A DNA stretch of 64,000 nucleotides from Rhizaria sp. SCN 62-66 (Eukaryota). The position numbers and the translations under genes were made by a program. Shown one piece after another: positions 24,901-36,900 of this stretch (the first letter of the stretch is position 1; the number at the start of each line of letters is the position of its first letter). The notes beneath the pieces are model-generated. The model did no database searches and had not been told where the DNA came from. It saw nothing but the letters and a program-made list of their open reading frames with translations. The DNA lies in the NCBI GenBank assembly GCA_001724265.1, contig MEDY01000105.1, positions 1 to 64,000 on the forward strand, read 5' to 3'.

Positions 24901-27900
24901 GCCGCCGCCGCCCCCTTCTCCGGCTGGGCCGCGGCCGAGGCGTGGGCGTTCCCCGCCGACGACATGGCTTTCGAGCCCACGCCCGCGACGCCGCCTGCCG
25001 TGGCCGCCGCGCCGGGTTCGCTCAAGCTGCTCTTCGCCGCGCAGCTCCACCACTACCTCGCGCGCACCGCGCCCGGCACTGCTGCGCTGCGCGGCGCTGC
25101 GCTGGACCGCTTCCTCTCTGCGCTCGACGCCGCAGCGGGGCTCATGGCCGCCGCACTCACCGCCGCCGCCGCCGCGCGCGCCCCTGCGGCCGCCGTCGCC
25201 CGCGCGCGCGCCGCCGTGACCGAGTTGCGCCTCGCCGCGCTCGCCGTCGCCGCCGCGCGCCGCACGCTCGACGCTCTGTTCCCCTCCGCTGCTGCTGCCG
25301 CTGTTGCGACTGAAGAGCGCGACACCGCCTCGGACACCAGCGACGCGCTCGCGTCTGTCGCCGAGATGTTCTTCGCCCACCGCGCCGCGCTGGGCGCCGC
25401 CGCCGGTCTCGCGCCGGTGTACGTGGCGCAGCAGCCGCTGGACATGCTCTCCGTGCCCTCGGCCGCGCACCTGCAGCCGTCATTCGCGCACACTGCCGCG
25501 GCGACCGCTGCGGCCGCGTCGCCCGCCGCCGCCGCCGCCGCGCGCGCGCTGCCGCACCACGCGGACTCGCCCGTGCTGTCGCTGCTGCACTCGCGCCTGG
25601 CGCGCGCGCCCGGCTCGTCGCACGCGACGGCGGCGCGCGTGGTCGCCGCGCTGATGCTGCAGCAGCACTGCGTCACGACGCTGCTCGCGCTCGCGTCGCG
25701 CGCCAACGTCGAGGCCGTCGCCGAGGCCGCGTGGCTGCGCCGTGCCGCCACCGTCGGCTCGCCGCTGCCCGCGACACTGCGCTCGTCGCTGCCGCCGCTG
25801 CCGCTCTCGCTCGCCTGCGCGCACGGGCTCATCCCGCCGCACATGCTCAGCTCGGCCGACTCGGCGCCCTTCGCCGTGGCGGCGTACCCCGCGCTCGCGA
25901 CGCTGGCGCCCGCGGTTGCGCGCACTGTTGCCGCGATGGGCGCGCGTGCCGCCGCGCTGGCCGCCGCGAGCACCACGCTGCCGCAGTCGGCCCTGCGCGC
26001 CGCGGCCGCCGTGCTTGCGCAGGCCGTGCTCGTGACGCGCCTGCGTACGCAGCTCTACGACGCGCTCTGGAGCGCCGCCGCGGGCGCGTCCCCGCTCGCC
26101 GCGCCCGCGCTGGCGGCCGCGATGGCCCGCGACGACGTGGGCGCCGCGGGTGGCGACCTCTCGCTGTCGGCGTCGCGCTACCTCTGGGTGCTCGCGCCGC
26201 TGCTCGTGCGCTGGCGCTCGCTCTCGGTAACCTTCGCCGCATTCGCCGCGTCGGCCGACGGGTTCTTCGCCCGCTTCCTGCCGCTGCCCGCGTCGGCCGT
26301 GGAGGACGCCGCCGCGGCTGACCCCGTGCCCGCGCTGCGCTCCGCGGACCGCGCGCTGCAGCGCGGCGCCGAGGCACTGATGCAGCAGTCCGGTGGCTCC
26401 GCCTCGCTGCACGCGCTCGTGGGGCAGCCCGCCGTGGGCCGCGACCTGGCGCTGCTCGTCGCTGCGGGCCCCGCCTTCTCGGCCGTGCAGCAGTCGCTCG
26501 CCGACCTCACCGCGGCCGCGCGCGTCGTCCCGCTGCTCGCCGTGCCGCCCGCTGAGCTGCGCTTCTTCGACCCCTCCGCGGAGCCCGCGGCGCTGGCCGA
26601 CACGAGCGCCAATGCCGCGCTGTCGCACCTGTCGACCTACGGCCCCGCGGCCGGCGCCACCACGCGCACGCGTGCGCTCACGGCCGCGGCGCAGCTCTGG
26701 CTGCCCCCGCACCTGCACTGGGCTCTGCCCGCCAAGCTTAAGGACGCGCTCGCCGACGCCGTGGGCTCCGCGCTCTTCGCGCGCTCTCCGCTGCTCTTCA
26801 AGTCCGTCTCCGAGGCGGCCGAGAAGGAGGAGGCTGCCGCTGCCGTCGTCGCCTCTGCGCGTGCCGGCGCGTCGATGCTCTTCGGCTCCCGCTCGCGCGC
26901 CGCCGCATCCGCCGCTGCGCCCGCCGTGGAGGCTGCGTCCGTGCGCGAGGGCAAGCTCATTCGCGCCTACCTGGCCACGCTGGCCGCCGCGCCGGTGAAG
27001 CTGCGCGACCGCGTGGAGCGCTACCTGCGCGCCGCACTGGCCGCCAAGGCCGCCGCGATGCGCGGTGCGCCGCGCGCGCTCGAGTCGCTGACGGCGTCCG
27101 TGTCCCAGGCGCGCGGGCTGCCGCAGCACGCCTTCCTGGCCCCGCTAGAGGACGCCGTGCTGTTCCCCCTCTGGGAGCGCTTCGCGCAGGAGGTCGCCAC
27201 CGTCAGCGCGCTTGTCTCGATCGCCGCGCGCGCCGGCCCCTCGGTCACCATCGTCGCCTCCGCCGAGGACGAGGCCGTCTCTGCGGCCGCCAATGGCGAC
27301 GAGAGCATCGAGACGACTCTGCTGCGGGCGGCCGCTGTGGCCGTCGCCGTGGGCTCGCGCACGCTCGAGTTCATCGGCGCCGTCGACATCGACGCGGTCG
27401 AGGGCGAGGACGCCGACGACTCGGTGCCCGGCATCCTCTCGGCCGTGCGCGCAGTGGGCTTGCGCTCGCGCACGCGCTCCTCCACCTCGCCCGCTGACGC
27501 CGCGCACATCCGCTGCGCGCTGCAGCTGCTGCAGTCCATCGACGCCGGCGACACCGACCCTGAGAACGGCGGCAACGCTGTCGCGCCTCGCGTGTCGCTC
27601 GACCTGGCCACATCTCTCTCGGCCGTGTCCGCCGCGCTGACGGCCCGCGTGCGCGAGTTCGCCTGGAGCAACGCGCTCGTCGCGCCCATCGCCGCGCGCT
27701 ATCGCGTCCGCGGCGACGGCCGCTTCCAGAGTGACCGCACCGCCGAGGCTGACGCGCAGGAAAGCGGCATTCCCGTCACGCCCGCTGCCACCGCGGCCGC
27801 CGCGAACGAGCTGCAGACGATGGCGCCCGAGGCGGAGCTCATCCTTGTGCACCCCAAGCTCGCGTCGCTGGGGTCGGCCGCGCTGTCGCAGGCCGTGCAC

Positions 27901-30900
27901 ACGCTCACTCTCAAGCACCTGCCCGCGCGCGCGTCGCGCACCGCGCTCGGCAAGCGCGCCACCCGCATCGGCCAGATCTCGTGCGCCGTCGAGCACCTCG
28001 TCGTCGCAGCCGCCACAGCCTCGGCCACGCACGCCGCGCTCATCGCCACGCGCGCCGCCGCTGGGTCCGCGACCGTCGTCGCCAGCCACGTCCCTGAGGG
28101 CTGGGTGGCTGCGCTTGAGCTGGCCTCCGCTGCCGTGGCGCCCGTTGCCGCTGGCGTCGCGTCCACGCTCTCAGCGCTCGCCGCGGCTTTCGCTGCCACT
28201 CCTGTGGCGGCGGCCGCCGTCGGCACCGCTGCGACCGCGTTCGCGCGCCTGGCCCGCGACGGCACGGGCTCGGTGCCCGCACTGGCGACGCTGATGGCGA
28301 CGCTCAAGACCTCGCAGCACCCCGTGGTGACCGCCGTGGCGGGCCCGCTGCTGGCGCCGCTGCTCGACGTGCTTTACTCGCAGTGCCTCGTGCGCCCCGG
28401 CAAGGCCACCCCCACGGCCGCCGCCAACGCGGGCCTCTGGGCGCAGCTCTGCCGCCTCTACCTCGGCCTCGCCGAGCTGCGCCTCGCGCTGCCCGTGGCG
28501 CCCGTCGACCCCTCCGAGGTTGTTGCGCTCCAGTCCGCGCAGGCCGCCGAGCTGGCTGCCTCCGCGGGCTCCGCCGCCGCCGCGCGCCGCTGGGCCGTCG
28601 ACACCGCCGCAGGCGCCCCCAGCGCGCTCGGTGGCGCCGGTGCCACTGCGGACGTGGTGCGCACGGTCTCTGCGCTCGACGCCGTCAATATTGAGGGTGA
28701 CACCGCGTCTTCTGCCGCGCTCGACCGCGCCGTGGTCCCCGCCGCGCTGCCCGCCGTCGACGCGCCCTACGCGTGCGCGGACTCGTTCCTCGATGCCGCC
28801 AGCGCCGCGGGCGCGAGTGCACGCGCTGCTGCGCTGTCGACGCACATGGCTTCCCGCCCCGCGGGCGGCAAGCCCTTCTCGGTGCTGTTCGACGTGCTGT
28901 ACAAGTTCGCTCAGTCGGGCGCCGACCCCTCGCGCCTGGTGCGCCTGGCCGAGGGCATGGTGGCCTACACGCTCGACGCGTCGCCCGCCTTCGCCGCGGC
29001 CGCCGAGGCCGACGCCGTTGCGCGTGCGCAGGACGACGCCGCGACGGCCGTGAGCCAGCTGACGCAGCAGGCCTCGCACTTCCTCCGCGAGGAGGTGCTT
29101 GCGCAGGACATCTCGCAGGCCTTCCTCAAGGACCTCGCGCGCAACTACGGCACGCACTACGGCGACGTGTGCACGCCCGTCGCGGCCGCAGTCTACACCG
29201 TCAAGGCCGCGCTGCGCGACCTGGGCTCAGCCATGTCCGCCGCTGTTTCAGCGCAGACGCTCGCCGACGTCACCCAGGGCTCCGCGCGCGCTGTGGCCTC
29301 GACTGTCTCCACCGGCGACGTGCCCGAGGGCACGCGTGCGCTGTCCGGCGCGCTTTACTCGCTGCTCGCATTCCCCACGCCGACGCTGCCGGCCGTGCTC
29401 GCGCCCGCGCCCTCAGCGGCGACCGGCTCCGACGCGTCCGTGGGCGACATCTCGGCCGACACGCTGCTCTTCCTGCTCTCGACGCAGACCACGGCGGCGC
29501 TGCAGGGCCTCGGCGCTGCCGCCGCCTCTGTGGCGACCGCGCGCGCGCAGACGCTGGCCCAGCGCCGCGCGGACCGCGCTGCCGAGGCAGAGCGCGCGCA
29601 GGCTGACGTCCGCCGCCGCGTCGGCGACGCCTACGGTGAGGACTCGATCTCTGAGAACCCGTTCGCGGACGCGAGCTCGACGCTGGCGGCCCCGACTGAG
29701 GACGGCGAGAGCGCCGACGCCGACGTCGTGCCCGCGGACGCCATCGCGGCTACCGCGGCCGAGGACGGCGACGACGGCTTCGACGGCGTGGCCTCCGACA
29801 ACGACGACGACCTCGCCGACGAGGAGCCCGCGGCTGGCGGCAGCAAGAGGGGCGCGCGCGTCGAGCTGGCGCCCGAGACGAGCTCCGCGCAGTTCCAGCA
29901 GCTGCCCGTGCTCGTCTTCCGCGCCGTGCTGCTGCGCCTGCTCGTGCAGTGCCTGTCCGCGCCCTCGGGCCCGCTCACCAACGCGTCCGCGGGTGCTGCC
30001 GCCGCGGCCGCTGCTGCCGGCGGCTTCGGCGTGGCTGCCCTGAGCCTGCCACTCGCGCGCCTTGTCTCGCTGGTGTTCGGCCGCGTGCTGTCCGGCTTCC
30101 GTAAGGAGCAGGCCGCGCGCCGCCGCGCTGAGGAGGCTGCGACCGAGGCGTTCCGCTTTAAGACGGCCCACTTCGAGCAGGAGGACGAGGAGGTGATCAT
30201 CCAGCGCGAGCTCCGCAACATGTACCCTGACTTCAGCGACACGTTCGCTGACATCATGAAGATGAACGACGAGTTCAACAACGACGACCTCAACGGCGAC
30301 GATGACCGCGCCAACCAGGCCAAGGAGGAAGCTGCTGCCGCTGCTGCTGCTGCCGCCGCGTCCGCTGACGTCATTGGCGAGGACGTTACTGGCGTGTTCC
30401 TGGCGTTCAAGCTCATCTTCGCTTGCGCGCAGAACAGCATCCGCGTCGGTGACATCGTCACTGCGCCCACTGCTGACGAGCTCGCCAACGCCGTGACGAC
30501 GCTGCGCTCGATGGCCGTCTCGGCGGCGCAGTCGGCCGCGGCGACGCTCATCGCAGCGCTCGAGGCCACGCACTCGGCGCGCGCGCTGTGCTCTCGCGAG
30601 GCGCTCGACGTCGCCGCGCTGCCCGGCACGCTCTTCTCGCTGTCGACGGCGTACCTGTACCTGAACCAGCACGCCTCGCTCTCGGACGTCGCGTCGTCGC
30701 TCGCCGCGGCGTCGCAGTCGTCTGCCGCTTCGGCCGCCATGACCACAGTGGCCGCCGAGGACGTGGTGATGACGCTGCGCGGCCTGTGCGCCACGCTCTG
30801 CCCGTCGCTCACGCCCTCGCCGCCCGTCGACACGGCGACGCGCCGCCTCATCTGGAAGGCGAGCCAGCGCCACTCGCAGTCGGCCGAGGCCAACGAGGAG

Positions 30901-33900
30901 GCCAAGCTCATCTACCACGACGTGTGGCGCCACCCCAACATGGCCGAGGTCCAGCGCCTCGCGGGCCCGCTACGCGCGTACCAGGCGCGCGTGCGCCAGC
31001 TGCTGACGATGTTCCCCTCACATCCGCTGCTGCGCCAGCTCGCTCTGCTGGCGGGCCGCGTCGCGTCGCTGCCGCTGTCATCACCCGTGATGAAGGTGCT
31101 GACGGGCGCCGAGTGCATCATCAAGAAGTCCCAGGAATGGGAGGGGCTCGCCCACCGCGGCGTCAAGCTCGAGAAGGAGCTCTTCAACCTCACCGTGCTC
31201 GTCGCGCGCTGGCGCAAGCTGGAGCTGCACTCGTGGCCCATGGCGCTCAAGCGCAAGGACGACGACTACGAGCAGGCCGCCGTGCCCTGGTGGTGCCGTC
31301 TCTACCCCATCATCCACTGCTCGCCCGAGGACCTGGCCAGCTTTGCCACCGCGACCTCGGCGCCCGCCGACGCGCCTCTGGAGGCCTCCGGCCGCGCTGC
31401 GCTCGCGACGGGCCGCGGCACGCGCGACGGCGTGAGCGTCGAGATTATCGACAAGTACCTGCTGCAGCTCCACACTGCGCTGCAGGAGTTCGTCGTCTAC
31501 TCCAACCTCGGCGAGGTCAAGGCGCGTCTGGCGATCCTGCTGGCGTTCCGCAACCACACGGAGCGCGAAGTCCACTCCGGGCTCGCGGCAGTGGCAGCGA
31601 CGCAGGGCACGCGCCTGCCCGTGTGGGTGCGGCTGCAGGTCGGCCACCTGCTCGAGAGCGTGTTCCGCCAGTACGCACAGTTCCTGCCGCAGGTGTTCAA
31701 GTACATGGCGGAGGAGAAGGCGCCGATGGAGAAGACCATCATGGAGCAGGTGAAGCTCTCGGTATGGGACCTGTCTAACTACTGGGCGCTCAAGGAGTCG
31801 ACTGAGAAGTCGCACCGCAAGGTGCACAAGCTGTCGTGCGAGTACGAGATCCTGCTCAAGACGCCCTTCTCGGCCGTGCTGCAGAAGATCGCCGCCGTGG
31901 ACATCTCCACCCAGGGCCCCGGCCTGCCCCCGCTGGGCCAGACCTACAAGGATTACCTCGCCGCCAAGCAGGCCGCCGTGATGGCCGCGCGCCGCGTGCG
32001 CCGCATCGCCGGCAAGAGCGAGCGCAAGGTCAACAAGAAGAAGAAGCGTGCCGCTCTCGCCCGCGCCGCTGCCGCCGCCGCCGCTGCCGCCTCTGACGCC
32101 GCCATGGTCGCGTCCGTCGCCGGCAAGCGTAGCAACAAGGGCAAGAAGGACGAGGGCGACGGCTGGGCCGACGTCGACCACGACGCCGCCATCGCGGCGC
32201 ACGAGTCCGACCTGGGCGGCAAGGCCTCCGCGGCCGCCGCCGCTGCTGCGGCCGCCAAGGCCGCGTACGAGGCCGAGGCGGAGAGCTCGACGGACGAGGA
32301 GGCCGAGATGACCTCTGCCTCCGCGCTCGCTCTGCGTACGAGCGCCGACGTCACCGAGCTGCTGCGCGTGGCCGCCGACACCCCGGCCTCCGCGGCCAAT
32401 GCGTCACTGCCCGCCGCCGCGCGCGCCGCTCTCGCGTCTGTCACGACCGCGGGCACCACCACCGTCACGGTCGGTGGCTCCTCGCTGCCGACAGCGCTCT
32501 TCGGCTCCAGCCCCTTCCTGGCGTCCGTCGCGGCCTGGCTCCCCGCCGTGCTCGCCGCGGAGGCCGAGGCCGCCGAGGCCAACGCCGGCTCTACCGCCGC
32601 GACCGACGGCGCTTCCGAGGAGGACGCCAGCAACGACACGGTCGCGCGCGCGCCTGTGCTCTTTGGCCGTCTGCTGACGATCCTGCACCGCGCCGTGCTG
32701 GCGCCGAGCGCCGCCGCACTCGACGCCGCGGCCGTGGCCTCGCTGGACGAGATCACCGTGGCGACGCTGCAGCGCCTCGAGGCGCTGGCGGCCGACGCGC
32801 CGATGCAGGCGAAGAAGATGGCCGTGGCGGACACGCTCAAGCTGCTGCGCCACCTCGGCCTGTCGCACCACTCGTCAGCGTCTGGCATGCTCGCGCTGAC
32901 CGACGACGAGCGCTCGCTGTCGTCGCTGCACATCAACCAGCTGCGCGATCTCGACGTCTTCTCGCAGTCCGCGCTGCCCAACATCCCCGCGGGCCCCTCG
33001 GCCAACCCGGCCGCCGCCGCGGCCTCGGGCTCAAACGCCGCGGCGTCGACGATGCATGACATCCACTCGGCGTCGCTGTCTTTGCTGTCGTCCTCTGCCG
33101 CCGCGCGCGGCGTGCACCGCCTGGACCGCCGCGAGGACGCCATGCTGTCGATCCTCTCGGGCGCCTTCGACGCCATCGCCGCCGCCACGGGCACTGACGC
33201 CGAGGACCCGCTCTCGCACTACTACGCGCCCTCGACCGAGGACGAGGACGCCGGGCTCCATGGCGCCGTCGCCGCGCCACGCAAGCTCATCCGCGCGCTC
33301 GCGGCCTCGGGCAAGGACGCCACCAGCGTGCTGCAGATGCCGCTCTGGTTCATCAACTCGTCGCTCGCCGCCGCGTATCCCGCCGAGGCCGCCGCGGGCG
33401 CCACTCCCGCTGCGCTCACCATGCTCAGCGCTGGCGTGGGCGCCTCGGCCAGTGCGCTCGCCACGTCCGCCGCTGCGGCCGCGCTGCGCCTGCCGGCCTC
33501 GGTCTCTCGCGCGCAGACCGACCTGGCGCTGGAGCTCGACGCGGCGCTGCACGCGGCCTTCACGGCCGTGCGCAAGATGCGCACGCGCGTCGCCACGCCG
33601 ATGGCTTCGCAGACGGACATGCCGCGCCCGCAGGTGCTGCGCATGCAGGGCTTCATGGAGCACCTCTTCGCGCTGTGCTCCGAGGCCGCCACCGCGCTCG
33701 CCCGCGCTGCGCCCGCCTCGCACGCGCTGCGCCACTGGGTGGCCGCCACCGCCGTCGTTGCCGCCACCCCGTTGACCGACGCAGCGCCTGCGTCCGCCTC
33801 GGCGACGTCGACTGAGACGGCCCAGTTGGCGCTGCGCCGCGCGTCGACGCTGGTGCAGAGCATGCTCGAGGCCGCCGAGGGCGAGGTCGCGCTGCTGCAC

Positions 33901-36900
33901 CGAGTGCACGCCACAATGCGCTCGCAGGGCTCCTCCGTCTCGGTCGCGGCCACGACGCAGCCCGCGTTGGCGGCGATCGCCGCCCGCATCACCGCGCTGT
34001 CCACCTCTGCGCCCGCCACGCAGCCCGCGCTCGCGGCGCTGTCGCTGCCCCGCGGCGTGCTGCCCGCCCTGCGCGCGCTGCACACGCGCCTGTCGTCCGC
34101 CGTCGCATTCATCGCGCCCGAGCACCTCTCGGCCGCGCCCGCCGCCGAGTGGCAGGCCCTGGTGGCCGACGCCGCCGCCGCGCTGGCCGCGGCCGCGCTT
34201 GACGCCGTGCGCGCGCTGCTGGGCGGCCGCTACACCACCGCCATCGCGGTGCTGCCCTTCTCCGCGCTCGCCACGGCGACGTCGCCCGCCGCGCTCGCGT
34301 ACGGCACTGACGAACGCGCGCTTGGCGCCGCGGGCGACGCCGTGCTGCGCGGCCGCCTCGCTGCCACGGGCCCCGGCTCGCGCTTCTTGCCCGGCCCCGT
34401 CGCGCCTTGGCGCAGCCTCTGCGCTACGCTCTTCGCCGACAGCCAGCAGCAGCAGCTGTCCGCGGCCGCCAGCAGCACTGCCGCTGCCGGCTCCGCGGCC
34501 GTCGCCACCGCGCTCACGCTCGCGCCCTCTGCGGCGCACTCGGCGAACGTGGTGACGCGCGCGCTGGACTCGGTGCTGGTGCTCGTGCAGGACGTGTACC
34601 GCGACTCCAAGGCGCGCGTCATCGCGCACAAGAAGGCCGAGGCCGAGCGCAAGGAGCTCCGTCGCCAGCGCGAGGAGGCCATGGCCGCCGCGCGCGCTAA
34701 GGCCGCTGCGACCGCTGCCGCCACCGCCGCCAAGTTTGGCAGCGGCGTCCACGCCATGCACGATGACGTCGCTGCTGTTGACGATGACGACGTCGAGGGC
34801 GCCGCTGCCGAGGCCGACGCCGAGGCCGCAAAGCGCGACGGTTACGACCCCGACGACATCCCGGTCCTCTCGAGCGCGGACGTCGACGAGAACGGACTGC
34901 TGACGCGCCTCTCCGGCGTCGACGCCGCGCTCTACGCGCCCCAGGTTGCGCGCCTGCTCGCGCGCCTCTCGGCCATGGGCCAGGCCTACTCCGACCTCGA
35001 CACCGCCGTCAAGCGCGCCCGTGCCGCCGTCGCCAGCTCCGCCGTGCCCGCTGCTGCTGTCTCTGCGCCCAAGAAGTCGGCCAAGACTGCCAAGGGCAAG
35101 AAGGCCGCTGCTGCCGCCGCTGCCGCTTCTTCTGAGGACGGCGCTGATGTGACCGAGGCCCAAGTGGCTGCGGTCGCCGCGCTCGAGGCCCAGCGCGCGC
35201 GCATGGCGCGCTCCATCGGTCTGCTTGCGCCCTTCGTGGAGCAGATCTCGCTGCTGACGGCGCGCCACACCGTGGCCGCGATGGGCAGCACGCGCGGCGC
35301 GCTGCGCCTGCTGCAGGTACTGCTGGCCGTGTTCAACGTGATCCTGGTCAAGGGTCTGTGCCGCCGCCCCGACGAAGACGACGACGGCAAGGGCGACGGC
35401 GAGGGCGACTCGGGCGACGCGCAGGCCGGCACGGGCATGGGCCAGGGCTCCGGCTCCGAGGATGTGAGCGACCAGATCACGGACGAGGAGCAGCTACTGG
35501 GCACCAAGAACGAGCGCAACGACCCGAACCAGCCGCAGAACAAGGACCAGGACATGGACAAGGGCGTCGACATGACCAACGACTTCGACGGCGACATGAT
35601 GGACGTACCCAAGGACCAGCGCGAGCAGGAGCAGCAAGACCAGGACGATGGCGACGACATGGACAAGGAGATGGGCGACCTCGAGAACGAGGAGCAGGAC
35701 GTCGTCGACGAGAAGCTGTGGAACCCCAACGAGGACCACGAGGAGGACATCGACCGCAGCAAGGAGAACCGCGAGGACGGCGGCGTCCAGGGCGCCGAAG
35801 ACCAGAAGGAGATGGTCGCCGGCGACGACGACGCTGCCGACGATAACAAGGACGACAAGAAGGACAAGGACGACAAGAAGGACAAGAACAAGAAGGAGGA
35901 AAAGAAGAAGGACGACGCCAAGGCCGAAGACGACAAGGACCCGGGCGACGACTCCGAGCAGGAGGGTGGCGACGACAAGGCCGACAAGGGCGACGGCAAG
36001 GACCAGAACCAGGACCAGGAGGACGAGAAGAACGACGAAGACCTGGGCCAGGTGAACGTGGACGACGAGAACCGGCGCGAGGAGTCGCACGGCATCGAGC
36101 CCACTGACATCCCCGACGACATCGACCTGGACGGCAAGGACGACAGCGACGTCGACGCCGACGCCGGCGAGGAAGATGGCGGCAAGGAGCAGAGCGAGGA
36201 CGATGCCGACGACGACAAGAAGAACGCCGAGGACGACGAAGACGCGCTTAAGGAGGAGAAGGGCGACTTGACCGAGGACATGAAGGACTCGGAGAACCAG
36301 GACGCGCCCGGCAGCGACGACGACAACGAGCACAACCGCGATATGCACGACGACGACGAAGCACCCGCCGAGGACGAGAAGGAAGACGGCGCCGACGACG
36401 ATAACGAGGGCCGCGACGAGAACTCGCGTCTGGACGACGAGGACGACAAGCAGGATGAGAACGAGGACGACGAGGCCGACAAGCCGCAGAACAACGACTC
36501 GGTCGCGCCTGTGGACCGCCCCGACGAGGCCGAGGACTCCGAGGGCGAGGCCAGCGACGCGGACAACGAGGACAAGAACCTCGACCGCGAAGACGAGGGC
36601 GCCGGCGCCGAGGACCAGGCGCAGCAGGCGGACCAGTCCGCCGACGCGGACCTCGGCCAGCAGGGCGGGCTCGACACGCAGGGCAACGACGACGACAAGT
36701 CGACCAAGAAGAAGCCCAAGGAGGCGCAGGACGACAAGGCGCAGCCCAAGGAGCAGAAGGACCAGCAGGACCAGCAGGAGGCGCAGGAGGCCTCCGCCGA
36801 CGCCGCGCAGCAGTCGTCACAAGGCGAGGCAGGTGAGTACCGCGACGAGCAGGACGAGAAGGTTCACGGCCGCGCCCCGCGCGAGGAGAAGCAGCAGAAG